Assembly: GCA_041163945.1 (NCBI GenBank) | Contig: JBEAQJ010000021.1 | Span: 522-64,521 of the forward strand | Direction of reading: 5' to 3' | DNA length: 64,000 nt | Origin: Pseudomonadota bacterium | Lineage (GTDB): Bacteria > Pseudomonadota > Alphaproteobacteria > Rhodobacterales > Rhodobacteraceae | Shown: in pieces, positions 38,807-48,811 of the stretch | Position numbering within the stretch: the stretch's first letter is position 1 | How the letters are laid out: every line of letters starts with the position of its first letter | The notes under the pieces: generated by a model | What the model was told of the DNA's origin: nothing | The model's input: only the letters and a program-made list of their open reading frames with translations | Databases searched by the model: none | Translations under genes and position numbers: made by a program

Positions 38807-40081
38807 ATGACTGATACGCCCAAACACTCCCCCTCACGCCGCCAGTTTCTGGCCGGTGCCGCCGTTGCCACGGGCGCCGCGGCCACGGGCGGGCTGGTTC
38901 ACGCACAGGCCGCAGGCCCCGATCCGCTGATCACCGAATTGCAGCCCTGGCAGCAATATCTGGGTGACGGGGTTGATGCGCGCCCCTACGGCACGCCGTC
39001 CAAACACGAGGCGCATGTGGTCCGCCGCAATGTGCCCTGGCTGACGGCCGACAGCGTCAGTTCGGTCAATTTCACGCCCCTGCACGAGCTGGAGGGGATC
39101 ATCACCCCCAACGGGCTGTGCTTCGAACGCCATCATGCGGGCATCGCGGATGTGCCTTGGGCCGATCATCGGCTGATGATCAACGGCTTGGTGGACAATC
39201 CGATCGTCTTCACGATGGATGATCTTATGCGCTTTCCGCGCGAAAACCGCACCTATTTCCTGGAATGTGCCGCCAACACCGGCATGGAATGGCGCGGTGC
39301 GCAGCTGAACGGGGTGCAGTTCACCCATGGCATGATCCACAACGTCGTCTACACCGGCGTGCCGCTGCGGCTGTTGCTGCAAGAGGCGGGCATTCGCACC
39401 AACGGCACCTGGATCTTGGCCGAAGGCGCCGACGCCAGCGCGATGTCGCGCTCGATCCCGACCGAAAAGGCGATCGATGATTGTCTGGTCGCCACCCACA
39501 TGAACGGTGAACGCCTGCGCCCCGAACAGGGCTATCCGGTGCGCCTGGTCGTGCCGGGATGGGAAGGCAACATGTGGGTCAAATGGCTGCGCCGCATCGA
39601 AGTGGGCGACGCGCCGTGGCATCACCGCGAAGAGACGTCGAAATACACCGATCTTCTGGCCAATGGCGACGCGCGCCGCTTCACCTGGGAAATGGATGCG
39701 AAATCGGTCATCACCAACCCCAGCCCGCAGGCGCCGATCACGCACGGGCCTGGGCCGACGGTTCTGACCGGCGTGGCCTGGTCGGGCCGCGGCACGATCC
39801 CGCGGGTCGATGTCACCATCGACGGCGGCATCAACTGGCATCAGGCGCGGATGTCGGGGCCCAGCTTGGACAAGTCGATGCATCGTTTCTACTACGAATT
39901 CGACTGGGACGGGCGGCCGCTGCTGCTGCAAAGCCGGGCGCATGATTCCACGGGCTATGTCCAGCCCACCAAGGACCAGCTGCGCGTCGTGCGCGGGTTC
40001 AATTCGATCTATCACAACAATGGTATCCAGACCTGGGCGGTCAACGAAGCGGGCGAGGCGGAAAATGTCGAAATCGGTTGA
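38807..40081 (+). CDS. soxC: Sulfane dehydrogenase molybdoprotein SoxC
   Basis: Tat signal SRRQFL, FERHHAG, ECAAN, GYPVRLVVPGWEG and KWLRRI. Confidence 0.95.
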   Translation: MTDTPKHSPSRRQFLAGAAVATGAAATGGLVHAQAAGPDPLITELQPWQQYLGDGVDARPYGTPSKHEAHVVRRNVPWLTADSVSSVNFTPLHELEGIITPNGLCFERHHAGIADVPWADHRLMINGLVDNPIVFTMDDLMRFPRENRTYFLECAANTGMEWRGAQLNGVQFTHGMIHNVVYTGVPLRLLLQEAGIRTNGTWILAEGADASAMSRSIPTEKAIDDCLVATHMNGERLRPEQGYPVRLVVPGWEGNMWVKWLRRIEVGDAPWHHREETSKYTDLLANGDARRFTWEMDAKSVITNPSPQAPITHGPGPTVLTGVAWSGRGTIPRVDVTIDGGINWHQARMSGPSLDKSMHRFYYEFDWDGRPLLLQSRAHDSTGYVQPTKDQLRVVRGFNSIYHNNGIQTWAVNEAGEAENVEIG

Positions 40082-41165
40082 GATGATGATGAAAAACCTG
40101 ATCTTGTCCTCGGCGCTGGTTGTGGTGGGCGCTGGCTATGGCTGGGCCGAAACACCCGCCCCGGCGCGCGACGGTGGCTATGGCTTGGGGCGCACCGCGC
40201 TGCCCGAAGAAATCGCCGCATGGGATATCGACATTCGCCCCGATGGGCAGGGCCTGCCGGTCGGATCGGGCGATGTCTACACGGGCGAGGAGCTCTATAT
40301 CGACAATTGTTCCGCCTGCCATGGCGACTTTGGCGAGGCGGTGGGCCGCTGGCCGGTTCTGGCCGGGGGACGGGGCACCTTGACGGGCGAAGACCCGCAC
40401 AAGACCATCGGCTCTTACTGGCCGTATCTGTCCACGGTGTGGGATTACGTCCACCGGGCGATGCCCTATGGCGCGGCGCAATCGCTCAGCAATGACGAAG
40501 TCTATGCCATCACCGCGTATCTGATGTATCTCAACGACATGGTCGATGATGATTTCGAACTGTCGAACGAGAACTTCCTTGAGGTCGCGATGCCCAACGC
40601 AACGGCCTTTTTCCTGGATGACCGGGCCACGACGGAATTGACCGTGTTCTCGGCCGAGCCCTGCATGGAAAACTGCCGCGACAGCGTCAGCATCACCGCG
40701 CGCGCCACCGTCTTGTCGGTGACCCCGGAAACCGAGGGCGGACCCAGTGACGGGGCCGCGGTCACCGAAGCCTCGGCCACCGCGGCGGCCGCACCGGCAG
40801 CGGCCCCTGAACCCGCCGCACCCGCAGGCCCCGACCCGGCGCTTGTCGCCGCCGGCGAGGCGCTGTTTCGGCAATGCGCCTCGTGCCACCAGATCGGCGA
40901 TGGGGCCATGAATCGGACCGGACCGATGCTGAACAACACCTATGGTGCCCCCGTCGGCAGCCATGACGGGTTCCGCTATTCGCCCGCCTTCGTGGCCGCA
41001 CGCGACGGTGGCATGGTGTGGGATGACGCAACGCTGACGGCGTTCTTGCTGGATCCGCGCGGCACGATTTCGGGCAGCCGGATGGCCTTCCGCGGTCTTC
41101 GCTCCGAGGATGAGGCCGCCGCGATGATTGCCTATCTGCGTGCGACGGGCGGCGAAGCAAAATGA
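40065..41165 (+). CDS. soxD: Diheme cytochrome c SoxD
   Basis: WDIDIRPDGQGLP, CSACHG, an Ala/Pro linker and CASCH. Overlaps the end of soxC. Start uncertain. Confidence 0.92.
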   Translation: MSKSVEMMMKNLILSSALVVVGAGYGWAETPAPARDGGYGLGRTALPEEIAAWDIDIRPDGQGLPVGSGDVYTGEELYIDNCSACHGDFGEAVGRWPVLAGGRGTLTGEDPHKTIGSYWPYLSTVWDYVHRAMPYGAAQSLSNDEVYAITAYLMYLNDMVDDDFELSNENFLEVAMPNATAFFLDDRATTELTVFSAEPCMENCRDSVSITARATVLSVTPETEGGPSDGAAVTEASATAAAAPAAAPEPAAPAGPDPALVAAGEALFRQCASCHQIGDGAMNRTGPMLNNTYGAPVGSHDGFRYSPAFVAARDGGMVWDDATLTAFLLDPRGTISGSRMAFRGLRSEDEAAAMIAYLRATGGEAK

Positions 41166-41857
41166 TCAAGATGCGCTCCATTCTTGGTGCGTTCAGCTTC
41201 GCGGTTTTGGCAGCGGCGACCTCCCCGGCGCTGGCCGAAGGCGACCCGGCACAGGGGGAAACGCTGTTTCGCCCGTGCCGGGCCTGCCATATGATCGGGG
41301 AGGGGGCCGTGCATCGGGTCGGCCCGCATCTGAACGGCATCGTGGATCGGGCCATCGGCATGGCGCCGGGTTACGCGTTTTCCGATGTGCTGGCCGCAGC
41401 CGGCGCCGAGGGCCGCGTTTGGACCGAAGGATCGCTGGATCGCTACATGGCGGGTCCGGCCGACTATTTTCCCGGCACGCGGATGGTTTTTCGCGGCGTC
41501 CGGTCCGAGACCGACCGTCAGCACCTGATCGCCTATATGCTGGCCGCGGGCGGTCGCAGCGAAGCCGGGGCCCAGATCGCCGAAACGGCCATCGACCCCG
41601 AGATTGCCGCGATCTTGGATATCGCGGGCGATGTGGCTTACGGCGAATACCTGTCGTCGGAATGCACGGCCTGTCACCGCGATGCGGGCGGGTCCGATAT
41701 TCCGTCGATCCGGGGCCTTGCACCGTCGGTCTTCATTGCCGGAATGGTTGCCTATCGCAATGGAACGCGCGAACATCAGGTGATGAACACCGTCGCCCGA
41801 CGCCTGGGCGATGAAGAATTGGCCGCACTTGCCGCTTATTTTGCCGATGCGAAATGA
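41162..41857 (+). CDS. soxE: Diheme cytochrome c SoxE
   Basis: CRACH and CTACH heme motifs. Lies between soxD and soxF. Confidence 0.85.
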   Translation: MIKMRSILGAFSFAVLAAATSPALAEGDPAQGETLFRPCRACHMIGEGAVHRVGPHLNGIVDRAIGMAPGYAFSDVLAAAGAEGRVWTEGSLDRYMAGPADYFPGTRMVFRGVRSETDRQHLIAYMLAAGGRSEAGAQIAETAIDPEIAAILDIAGDVAYGEYLSSECTACHRDAGGSDIPSIRGLAPSVFIAGMVAYRNGTREHQVMNTVARRLGDEELAALAAYFADAK

Positions 41858-41935
41858 TCCGCCGGTGAAATGAAAACCGCGCCAGCAGACCGGCGCAGTC
41901 ACAAGATGCCCGAAACGGGCAAAAGGGAGGAAGAC

Positions 41936-43201
41936 ATGACCATCAACAGACGCGTCTTTTTGGGCACATCGGTGGCACTGACGGCATCACTGGCCGCACC
42001 GATGATCGCCCGCGCACAGGCCACGCCGCGCGTGGTCGTCGTGGGCGGCGGTTCGGGCGGGGCCACGGCCGCGCGCTACATCGCGCGCGATGGCGCCGGC
42101 GCCATCGATGTGACGCTGATCGAACCCCAGCGGGTCTATCATACCTGCTATTTCGGCAATCTCTACCTGGGCGGGTTCTTCAACTACGACGACCTGGGCC
42201 ACACCTACAAGGGCCTGGCCAGCAACTATGGCGTGAACGTGGTTCACGACTGGGCCGTGGGCGTCGATCGGGATGCCAAGACCGTGACCTTGGCCAGCGG
42301 TGCCAGCGTGGCCTATGACAAGCTGGTGCTGAGCCCCGGCATCGATTTCATCGATGGCAGCGTGCCGGGTTGGTCGGTGTCGGCCCAAAGCCGCATGCCC
42401 CATGCCTACAAGGGCGGCACGCAGGTCGAATTGCTGCGTGCGCAGATCGCGGCGATGCCGCAGGGCGGCGTCTTTGCGATGGTGGCCCCCCCGAACCCGT
42501 ATCGCTGCCCGCCCGGGCCGTATGAGCGGATCTCGATGGTGGCCCACTACCTGCGCCAGAACAATCCGACCGCCAAGATCTTGCTGGTCGACCCCAAGGA
42601 AACATTCTCCAAGCAGGGGCTTTTCCAGGATGGTTGGGAACGTCACTATTCCGGCATGATCACCCGCATCGGTCCCGACATGGGCGGCGCCGTGGTCGAG
42701 GTCGACCCGGCCGCGATGACCGTCAGCATCGATGGGGTCGCCGAAAAGGTGGATGTCTGCAACGTGATCCCCGGCCAGCGCGCGGGCCAGATCGCCTTTG
42801 CCGCCGGGATCACCGATGGCAACTGGGCGCCCGTGTCGGCCTATGACATGACCAGCAAGGTCGATGCCGACATCACCGTTCTGGGCGATGCGGCCGCGCA
42901 GGGCGCGATGCCGAAATCCGGCTTCTCGGCCAACAGCCAGGCCAAGGTTGCGGCCAATGCCATCGTGTCGGCCTTGACCGGATCGCGGGCCTTCCCGGCG
43001 CGCTATTCCAACACCTGCTGGTCGCTGCTGGACACCGATGACGGCATCAAGGTCGGCGCCACCTACGAGGCTTCGGCCGACGGCATCGTGGCGGTCGACA
43101 ACTTCGTCAGCCAGGTTGGCGAAGCGGCCGATGTGCGCGCCGCGACCTATCGCGAAAGCCTGGATTGGTACAAGGCCATCACCTCGGACATGTTCGTGTG
43201 A
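41936..43201 (+). CDS. soxF: Flavoprotein sulfide dehydrogenase SoxF (FccB-like)
   Basis: Tat signal NRRVFL, VVGGGSGG, YRCPPGPYER, PKSGFSANSQ and NTCWS. Confidence 0.93.
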   Translation: MTINRRVFLGTSVALTASLAAPMIARAQATPRVVVVGGGSGGATAARYIARDGAGAIDVTLIEPQRVYHTCYFGNLYLGGFFNYDDLGHTYKGLASNYGVNVVHDWAVGVDRDAKTVTLASGASVAYDKLVLSPGIDFIDGSVPGWSVSAQSRMPHAYKGGTQVELLRAQIAAMPQGGVFAMVAPPNPYRCPPGPYERISMVAHYLRQNNPTAKILLVDPKETFSKQGLFQDGWERHYSGMITRIGPDMGGAVVEVDPAAMTVSIDGVAEKVDVCNVIPGQRAGQIAFAAGITDGNWAPVSAYDMTSKVDADITVLGDAAAQGAMPKSGFSANSQAKVAANAIVSALTGSRAFPARYSNTCWSLLDTDDGIKVGATYEASADGIVAVDNFVSQVGEAADVRAATYRESLDWYKAITSDMFV

Positions 43202-43208
43202 CAAAACC

Positions 43209-43245
43209 GGGGTCCGCGGGCGGCGCTGCCGGTCCTGCGGACCCC
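43209..43245 (+). terminator. Hairpin after soxF
   Basis: GGGGTCCGCGGG...CCTGCGGACCCC 12-bp stem with one G-U pair and a weak U tract. Confidence 0.45.
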
Positions 43246-43265
43246 TTCAACCGGAGGCGGTTCCC

Positions 43266-43700
43266 ATGTTGCGATCTTTTGTGTTTGGTTTGACCTTGGC
43301 GTTCACCCCCGTCGCCGCCGCGGCACAGGACGCCATCACCTTTGCCTATCCGGGCAGCTATGACGATGCCCGTTTCGCCGTCGAAAACGCGATCATCGAC
43401 CGTGGCCTTGTGATCGATTTCACCAGCCATGTGGGCGATATGTTGAACCGCACCGGGGCCGATGTCGGCTCGGCCACGACGGTTTTCGACAATGCCGAGA
43501 TCTTTTTGTTCTGTTCGGCCGCCGTGTCGCGTCGCGTGATGGAAGCCGATCCCATGAACATCATGCATTGCCCCTATGGCATCTTCGTCGCCGAACGCGA
43601 CGGCGCCGTGATGATCGGGCATCGCGATTATCCCGATGGCCCGATGCAAGAGGTCGAGGCCCTGCTGGATGCCATCATCCTTGAGGCGATGGCCCCCTAG
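43266..43700 (+). CDS. DUF302-family periplasmic protein
   Basis: Signal peptide, SHVGDML, IFLFCSA and CPYGIFV (the FC...CP pattern). Confidence 0.8.
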   Translation: MLRSFVFGLTLAFTPVAAAAQDAITFAYPGSYDDARFAVENAIIDRGLVIDFTSHVGDMLNRTGADVGSATTVFDNAEIFLFCSAAVSRRVMEADPMNIMHCPYGIFVAERDGAVMIGHRDYPDGPMQEVEALLDAIILEAMAP

Positions 43701-43810
43701 CCAGACCCGACCCGACCGCCCCGTGGCGCGGTGCGGGCCCCGGTTTGATGCATGTCAACGCGCGCCCGCAACCGGCGGGCCAAAGCCGGTGAAATTCGGG
43801 GGGCAGTCAG

Positions 43811-44875
43811 ATGCTGGAAGAGCTGCTGTTGGCATGGGGCGAGCCGATGGTGCTGGCCTGTGCCGGTGCGTTGACCGGGGTGGTGTTCGGCTGGGCGGCG
43901 CAGCGGTCGCGCTTTTGCCTGCGCGCGGCCACGGCCGAGGTGGCCGATGGCCATCTGGGCCCAAAGCTTGCGATCTGGTTGATCGCCTTTTTCGCCGCCT
44001 TGACCTTGACGCAGGCAGGTCTTGCGCTGGGGCTTTTCGATGTTTCGAGCGCCCGCCAACTCGCGGCGCAAGGGTCGGTGTCGGGCGCGCTGATCGGGGG
44101 CGTCTTGTTTGGGGTGGGCATGATCCTGGCCCGCGGTTGTGCCTCGCGCTTGCTGGTGCTGTCGGCAACGGGCAATTTGCGGGCCTTGATCACGGGGCTG
44201 GTGGTCACCTTGGTGGCGCAGGCGGCGCTGACCGGGGTTCTGGCGCCCGCGCGCGAATGGGTCAGCGCATTATGGACCGTGCCGGGTGGGGCAGGGCGCA
44301 ACCTGCTGCAAAGCATTGGTCTGGGGCATGATGGGGCGGCGGTCGCATCGGCCGTGGCCTGGGCGGGTGCGCTTGGCTTTGGGGTGCGGCGCGGCCTGGG
44401 CGGGGGCGCGATGATCGGCGCCGGCGTCGTGGGCATGGCCGTGGCGATGGGCTGGGCGCTGACGGCGCTGGTGGCCGCGCATAGCTTCGAACTTGTGCCG
44501 GTGTCCTCCGTCACCTTCACCGGACCCGCGACCGACACCTTGATGGCGCTGGTGGCCGAGCGCCGCGTGGCGCTGTCGTTCGGCATCGGCCTGGTGCCGG
44601 GCGTGTTTCTGGGCGCCGGTGCGGCCGCCATGGTCTTCGGGGATTGGCGGCTTGAGCGGTTCGGCCCCGATACCCCGATGGAACGTTACCTGATTGGCGC
44701 CGTGCTGATGGGGTTTGGTGCCATGCTGGCGGGGGGCTGTGCCGTGGGGGCAGGGGTTTCCGGCGGGGCGGTGTTTTCGACCACCGCCCTGCTTGCGGTT
44801 TTTGCCATGTGGCTTGGTGCGATGACCACCGCGCGCCTGCTGGCGTGGCGCGCGCGCGGGGTTCAGACCGTGTAG
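43811..44875 (+). CDS. Second YeeE/YedE-family sulfur transporter
   Basis: [15 protein letters not shown] and [10 protein letters not shown], multi-TM. Confidence 0.88.
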   Translation: MLEELLLAWGEPMVLACAGALTGVVFGWAAQRSRFCLRAATAEVADGHLGPKLAIWLIAFFAALTLTQAGLALGLFDVSSARQLAAQGSVSGALIGGVLFGVGMILARGCASRLLVLSATGNLRALITGLVVTLVAQAALTGVLAPAREWVSALWTVPGGAGRNLLQSIGLGHDGAAVASAVAWAGALGFGVRRGLGGGAMIGAGVVGMAVAMGWALTALVAAHSFELVPVSSVTFTGPATDTLMALVAERRVALSFGIGLVPGVFLGAGAAAMVFGDWRLERFGPDTPMERYLIGAVLMGFGAMLAGGCAVGAGVSGGAVFSTTALLAVFAMWLGAMTTARLLAWRARGVQTV

Positions 44876-45606
44876 TTCAGCCCCAGCCGTCCGCCATCGA
44901 CATAGATCGTTTCGCCGGTGACATAGCTGGCCTTTGGCGAACACAGAAAAGCCACGACGTTGCCGATTTCGTCGGCGCTGCCGACACGGCCCATCGGGGT
45001 GCGCGACAGCACGCGCGCCAAAGCTTCGGGGCTGGCGTTGACACCCGCCATCATATCGGTGTCGATCGAACCCGGGCCAACGGCGTTGACACGGATGCCA
45101 TGGGCGGCCAGCGCCAGCGCCGAGGCCTTGGTCAGTTGCTGCACCCCCCCCTTGGAGGCGCAATAGGCCGGGATCGCGGGGATCGCGACCACCGCATTGA
45201 TCGATGACATGTTCACGATGGCGCCCTTGATGTCTGCCGCGATCATGCCCTTGGCGGCGCGCTGCGTCGCCGCGAAGACCGCGCGCAGGTTCAACCCGAT
45301 CACGGCGTCGAAATCGGCCAGATCATAGGTCAGAAAATCACCGGGACGCGCGATGCCGGCATTGTTGACCAATGCGGCAACCGGCCCCTCTTCGGCCTCG
45401 ATCTGGTCAAACAGGGCCATCAACGCCGCCGTATCGGCCACATCGCAGGCAAAACCGCGCCCGCCGATGGCCTTGGCCGCATCAGCCACGGCCGGTTTCA
45501 CATCGGCCAGAATCACGCGGTAGGCATCGGCCGCCAGTGCCCGCCCGCAGGCCAGCCCGATCCCCTGCGCGCCGCCGGTGACCAAGGCGATGGGTTGATC
45601 GGTCAT
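44863..45606 (-). CDS. Short-chain dehydrogenase/reductase
   Basis: [12 protein letters not shown] and YCASK. ATG after GGAGG. Confidence 0.9.
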   Translation of the reverse strand: MTDQPIALVTGGAQGIGLACGRALAADAYRVILADVKPAVADAAKAIGGRGFACDVADTAALMALFDQIEAEEGPVAALVNNAGIARPGDFLTYDLADFDAVIGLNLRAVFAATQRAAKGMIAADIKGAIVNMSSINAVVAIPAIPAYCASKGGVQQLTKASALALAAHGIRVNAVGPGSIDTDMMAGVNASPEALARVLSRTPMGRVGSADEIGNVVAFLCSPKASYVTGETIYVDGGRLGLNYTV

Positions 45607-45700
45607 GATGTGTCCTCCCGTGTGTTTCGACGCGGCAAACCTGCGGCGTGCGGCGGTGGCTGTCAATTCGCAAGCCGGTGGCGGGCGCACGGATATTTGA

Positions 45701-45747
45701 TTGCGACTAAGTCGCAACTGCATTGACTTTTTGCGAACGTTTCGCAT
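45701..45747. promoter_or_regulatory. Two Mur/Fur-type operator palindromes
   Basis: Perfect TTGCGACT-A-AGTCGCAA (45701-45717) and TGCGAA-CGT-TTCGCA (45732-45746), flanking a TTGACT -35-like hexamer upstream of a Mn/Fe ABC operon. Confidence 0.75.
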
Positions 45748-45811
45748 TTTATGCGGTGACGGCACGGACAGCGCGCCCGGTTGCGCGCATGACCAACAAC
45801 AGGTTCACGAA

Positions 45812-46762
45812 ATGCTGACCCGACGTCTGTTATTGTCTGGCGCCATCGCCGTCGCGCTGGCGCTGCCGGCCGCAGCGCAAGATGTGCTGCGTGTCGTCAC
45901 AACCACCGGCATGATCGCCGATGCCGCCCGCCAGGTGGGCGGTGATCGGGTGGCGGTCACGGCACTGATGGGGCCGGGGGTCGACCCCCACGGCTATCGC
46001 CAGACCCGCAGCGATATCGTGGCTGCCGCCAGCGCCGATCTGGTGCTGTGGAACGGACTTTACCTTGAGGCCCAGCTGGAATCGTTGCTGTTGGAACTTG
46101 CCGAAACCCGCCCCGTGGTGGCCTTGGCCGAAACCATCCCCGCGGCGCAGTTGATCGCGTCGCCCGATTACGCGGACCGCTTCGATCCCCATGTCTGGAT
46201 GGACCCGGACCTGTGGGCGCAGGTGGTTCTGGCCACGCGCGATGCGATGATCGCGGCCGATCCCGCCGGGGCGGACATCTATCGCGCCAACACCGAAACC
46301 CATCTGGCCGCGCTGTCCGATCTTGCAAGCTATGCCCGGATGGTGCTGGGCTCGGTCCCGGCCGCATCGCGTGTGCTGGTCACCGCACATGATGCCTTTG
46401 GCTATTTCGGGGCCGCCTATGGATTTGAAGTGGTGGGGATTCAGGGCATTTCCACCGAAAGCGAAGCGGGGCTGCAACGCATCGCCGCGCTGGTCGAAAT
46501 GCTGGTCGCCCGCGACATCGGCGCGGTGTTCGTCGAAAGCTCGGTTTCGGATCGCAACATCCGTGCGCTGATCGAAGGGGCCGCCGCCCAGGGTCACGCG
46601 GTGGTGATCGGGGGCGAGCTGTTTTCCGACGCGATGGGCGCGCCCGGCAGCTACGAAGGAACCTATCTTGGCATGATCGATCACAATGTCACCACCATCG
46701 CCCGTGCGCTGGGGGGCCAAGCGCCTGCGCGCGGCCGGATGGATGCCCTGGCCATGAATTGA
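45812..46762 (+). CDS. Mn/Fe/Zn ABC transporter substrate-binding protein (TroA/MntA type)
   Basis: GPGVDPH, DPHVWMDP, HDAFGYF and FSDAMG. Confidence 0.92.
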   Translation: MLTRRLLLSGAIAVALALPAAAQDVLRVVTTTGMIADAARQVGGDRVAVTALMGPGVDPHGYRQTRSDIVAAASADLVLWNGLYLEAQLESLLLELAETRPVVALAETIPAAQLIASPDYADRFDPHVWMDPDLWAQVVLATRDAMIAADPAGADIYRANTETHLAALSDLASYARMVLGSVPAASRVLVTAHDAFGYFGAAYGFEVVGIQGISTESEAGLQRIAALVEMLVARDIGAVFVESSVSDRNIRALIEGAAAQGHAVVIGGELFSDAMGAPGSYEGTYLGMIDHNVTTIARALGGQAPARGRMDALAMN

Positions 46763-47583
46763 CCCAGCCCATGCCCGAACCCCTCAGCTTGGCGGCCCGG
46801 AACGGGGCGGTTCTGCACAACAACGCGGATCCCGCCGCCGCGCTTGACGTGCGGGGCCTGACGGTCAGCTACGGCGCCAAGCCTGCCCTGTTTTCGGTCG
46901 ATGCCCGCTTTCCGGCGGGCGCGCTGTCGGCCATCGTGGGGCCGAACGGTGCGGGAAAATCGACCTTTCTGAAGGCCGCGCTGGGGTTGGTGCCACGCGT
47001 ATCAGGCGAGGTGCGGTTTTTCGGCGGCCCGCTTGCCGCGATGCGGGCGCGGATCGCCTATGTGCCGCAGCGCGCCAGTGTCGACTGGGATTTTCCCACC
47101 ACGGTGATGGATGTGGTGCTGATGGGGCGCTACCGCAGCTTGGGGCTGTTGGCGCGTGTCAGACCGGCGGACCGGGCGCTGGCCCAAGACGCGCTGGCCC
47201 GCATGGGCATGGCCGAATTCGCCGACCGTCAGATCGGCCAATTGTCGGGTGGCCAGCAACAGCGCGTGTTCCTTGCGCGCGCCCTGGCCCAGCAGGCCGA
47301 TCTGTACCTGCTTGACGAACCCTTTGCCGGGGTCGATGCCGCGACCGAGCGGGCCATCGTCGCGGTCTTGAAAGAATTGGGCCAGCAGGGAAAGACGGTG
47401 ATCGCGGTCCATCACGACCTGTCGAGTGTGGCGGATTATTTCGATCATGTGTTGCTGATCAACCTGCGCGCGGTCGCGCAAGGGCCGGTCGCGACGACCT
47501 TTACCCATGACGCCTTGGCCCAAACCTATGGCGGGCGTCTGGCGGGCGTGCAGCTGGACCCGGCACACCGGGCCGGGGCCTAG
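46759..47583 (+). CDS. Metal ABC transporter ATPase
   Basis: GPNGAGKST, YVPQR, LSGGQQQR and VHHDL. Confidence 0.93.
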   Translation: MTQPMPEPLSLAARNGAVLHNNADPAAALDVRGLTVSYGAKPALFSVDARFPAGALSAIVGPNGAGKSTFLKAALGLVPRVSGEVRFFGGPLAAMRARIAYVPQRASVDWDFPTTVMDVVLMGRYRSLGLLARVRPADRALAQDALARMGMAEFADRQIGQLSGGQQQRVFLARALAQQADLYLLDEPFAGVDAATERAIVAVLKELGQQGKTVIAVHHDLSSVADYFDHVLLINLRAVAQGPVATTFTHDALAQTYGGRLAGVQLDPAHRAGA

Positions 47584-47587
47584 GGCC

Positions 47588-48811
47588 ATGGCGGGCTTTC
47601 TGGCGGCGCTGACGCTGGGGGCGGGCTACAACGCGGCCCTGGTCACCATCGGGGCGGGCTTGCTGGGCCTGTCGGCGGGCATGGCGGGCAGCTTTCTGGT
47701 CTTGCGCAAACGCGCGCTGGTCTCGGACGCGATGGCCCATGCGACGCTGCCGGGCATCGGGGTGGCGTTTTTGATCATGGTGGCGCTTGGCCAGGATGGG
47801 CGCAGCCTGCCCGGCCTGCTGATCGGCGCGGCAGCCAGTGCGGTGATCGGCCTTGGGCTGGTCGATTGGGTGGTGCGCCGCACGCGGTTGGCCGAAGATG
47901 CCGCCATCGGCGCTGTCTTGTCGGTCTTTTTCGGTCTTGGCGTGGTGATCTTGACGGTGATCCAGGCGCTCGACCGGGGCCGACAAGCCGGTCTGGAGGA
48001 TTTTTTGCTGGGCGCGACCGCCGGCATGCTGTTTGATGATGCGCTGCTGATCGCGGTTGGGGGGGCGGTGGTGATGGCGGCGGTCTGGTTTTTGCGCCGC
48101 CCGATGACGCTGGTGGCCTTTGATCCCGGCCATGCGGCCGCCATCGGCGTGCCGGTTGCGCGCGTCGATCTGGCCCTGATGGGGTTGGTGATGTCGGTCA
48201 CGGTGATCGGGCTGATGCTGGTCGGATTGGTGTTGATCGTGGCGCTGCTGATCATCCCGGCGGTCACCGCACGGTTCTGGACCGACCGCGTCGAACCGAT
48301 GGTGTGGATCGCGGGCGCCGTGGGTGGGGCTGCGGGGTATCTGGGGGCGGCCCTGTCGGCATCGGCGCCCGATGTGCCGACCGGGCCCATCATCGTGCTG
48401 TTCGCGGCGGCGCTGTTTGCGCTGTCGCTGTTGCTGGCGCCAAGACGCGGGGTGCTGGCCGCGCTTCTGGCGCGCCGCCGGTTCCACGCCCGGGTGCATC
48501 TGCGCCAGGGGCTGTTGGCCTTGGCGCGTGCCGAGCCGATCCTGGATCCGCTGACGCTGCGCGTTTTGCGCGCGCAGGGGTTGATCCGCCCCGATGGGGT
48601 GGCCACCGACACGGGGCGGGCATGGGCGGCAAGATCGCTGCGCGACGAACGCCGCTGGGATCTGGCCCGCGCGCTGTACCAAGATACGGGCCAGGGTGTG
48701 GGCTACGACGGGCTGACGCCGATCGAGACGGTTTTTACCGCCGACCAGATCGCGGAACTGGACGCACGGCTGGGCCCGCCGCAGGCGGTCAGGGGGCCAG
48801 ATGGGCGCTGA
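47588..48811 (+). CDS. Metal ABC transporter permease with soluble C-terminal extension
   Basis: DAMAHATLPG and DAAIG motifs. About 110 aa of hydrophilic tail after the last TM segment. Confidence 0.9.
   Translation: MAGFLAALTLGAGYNAALVTIGAGLLGLSAGMAGSFLVLRKRALVSDAMAHATLPGIGVAFLIMVALGQDGRSLPGLLIGAAASAVIGLGLVDWVVRRTRLAEDAAIGAVLSVFFGLGVVILTVIQALDRGRQAGLEDFLLGATAGMLFDDALLIAVGGAVVMAAVWFLRRPMTLVAFDPGHAAAIGVPVARVDLALMGLVMSVTVIGLMLVGLVLIVALLIIPAVTARFWTDRVEPMVWIAGAVGGAAGYLGAALSASAPDVPTGPIIVLFAAALFALSLLLAPRRGVLAALLARRRFHARVHLRQGLLALARAEPILDPLTLRVLRAQGLIRPDGVATDTGRAWAARSLRDERRWDLARALYQDTGQGVGYDGLTPIETVFTADQIAELDARLGPPQAVRGPDGR

Noticed and set aside
40720-40840. Ala/Pro-rich low-complexity stretch in soxD
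   Set aside because: This is the expected linker between the two heme domains of diheme SoxD.
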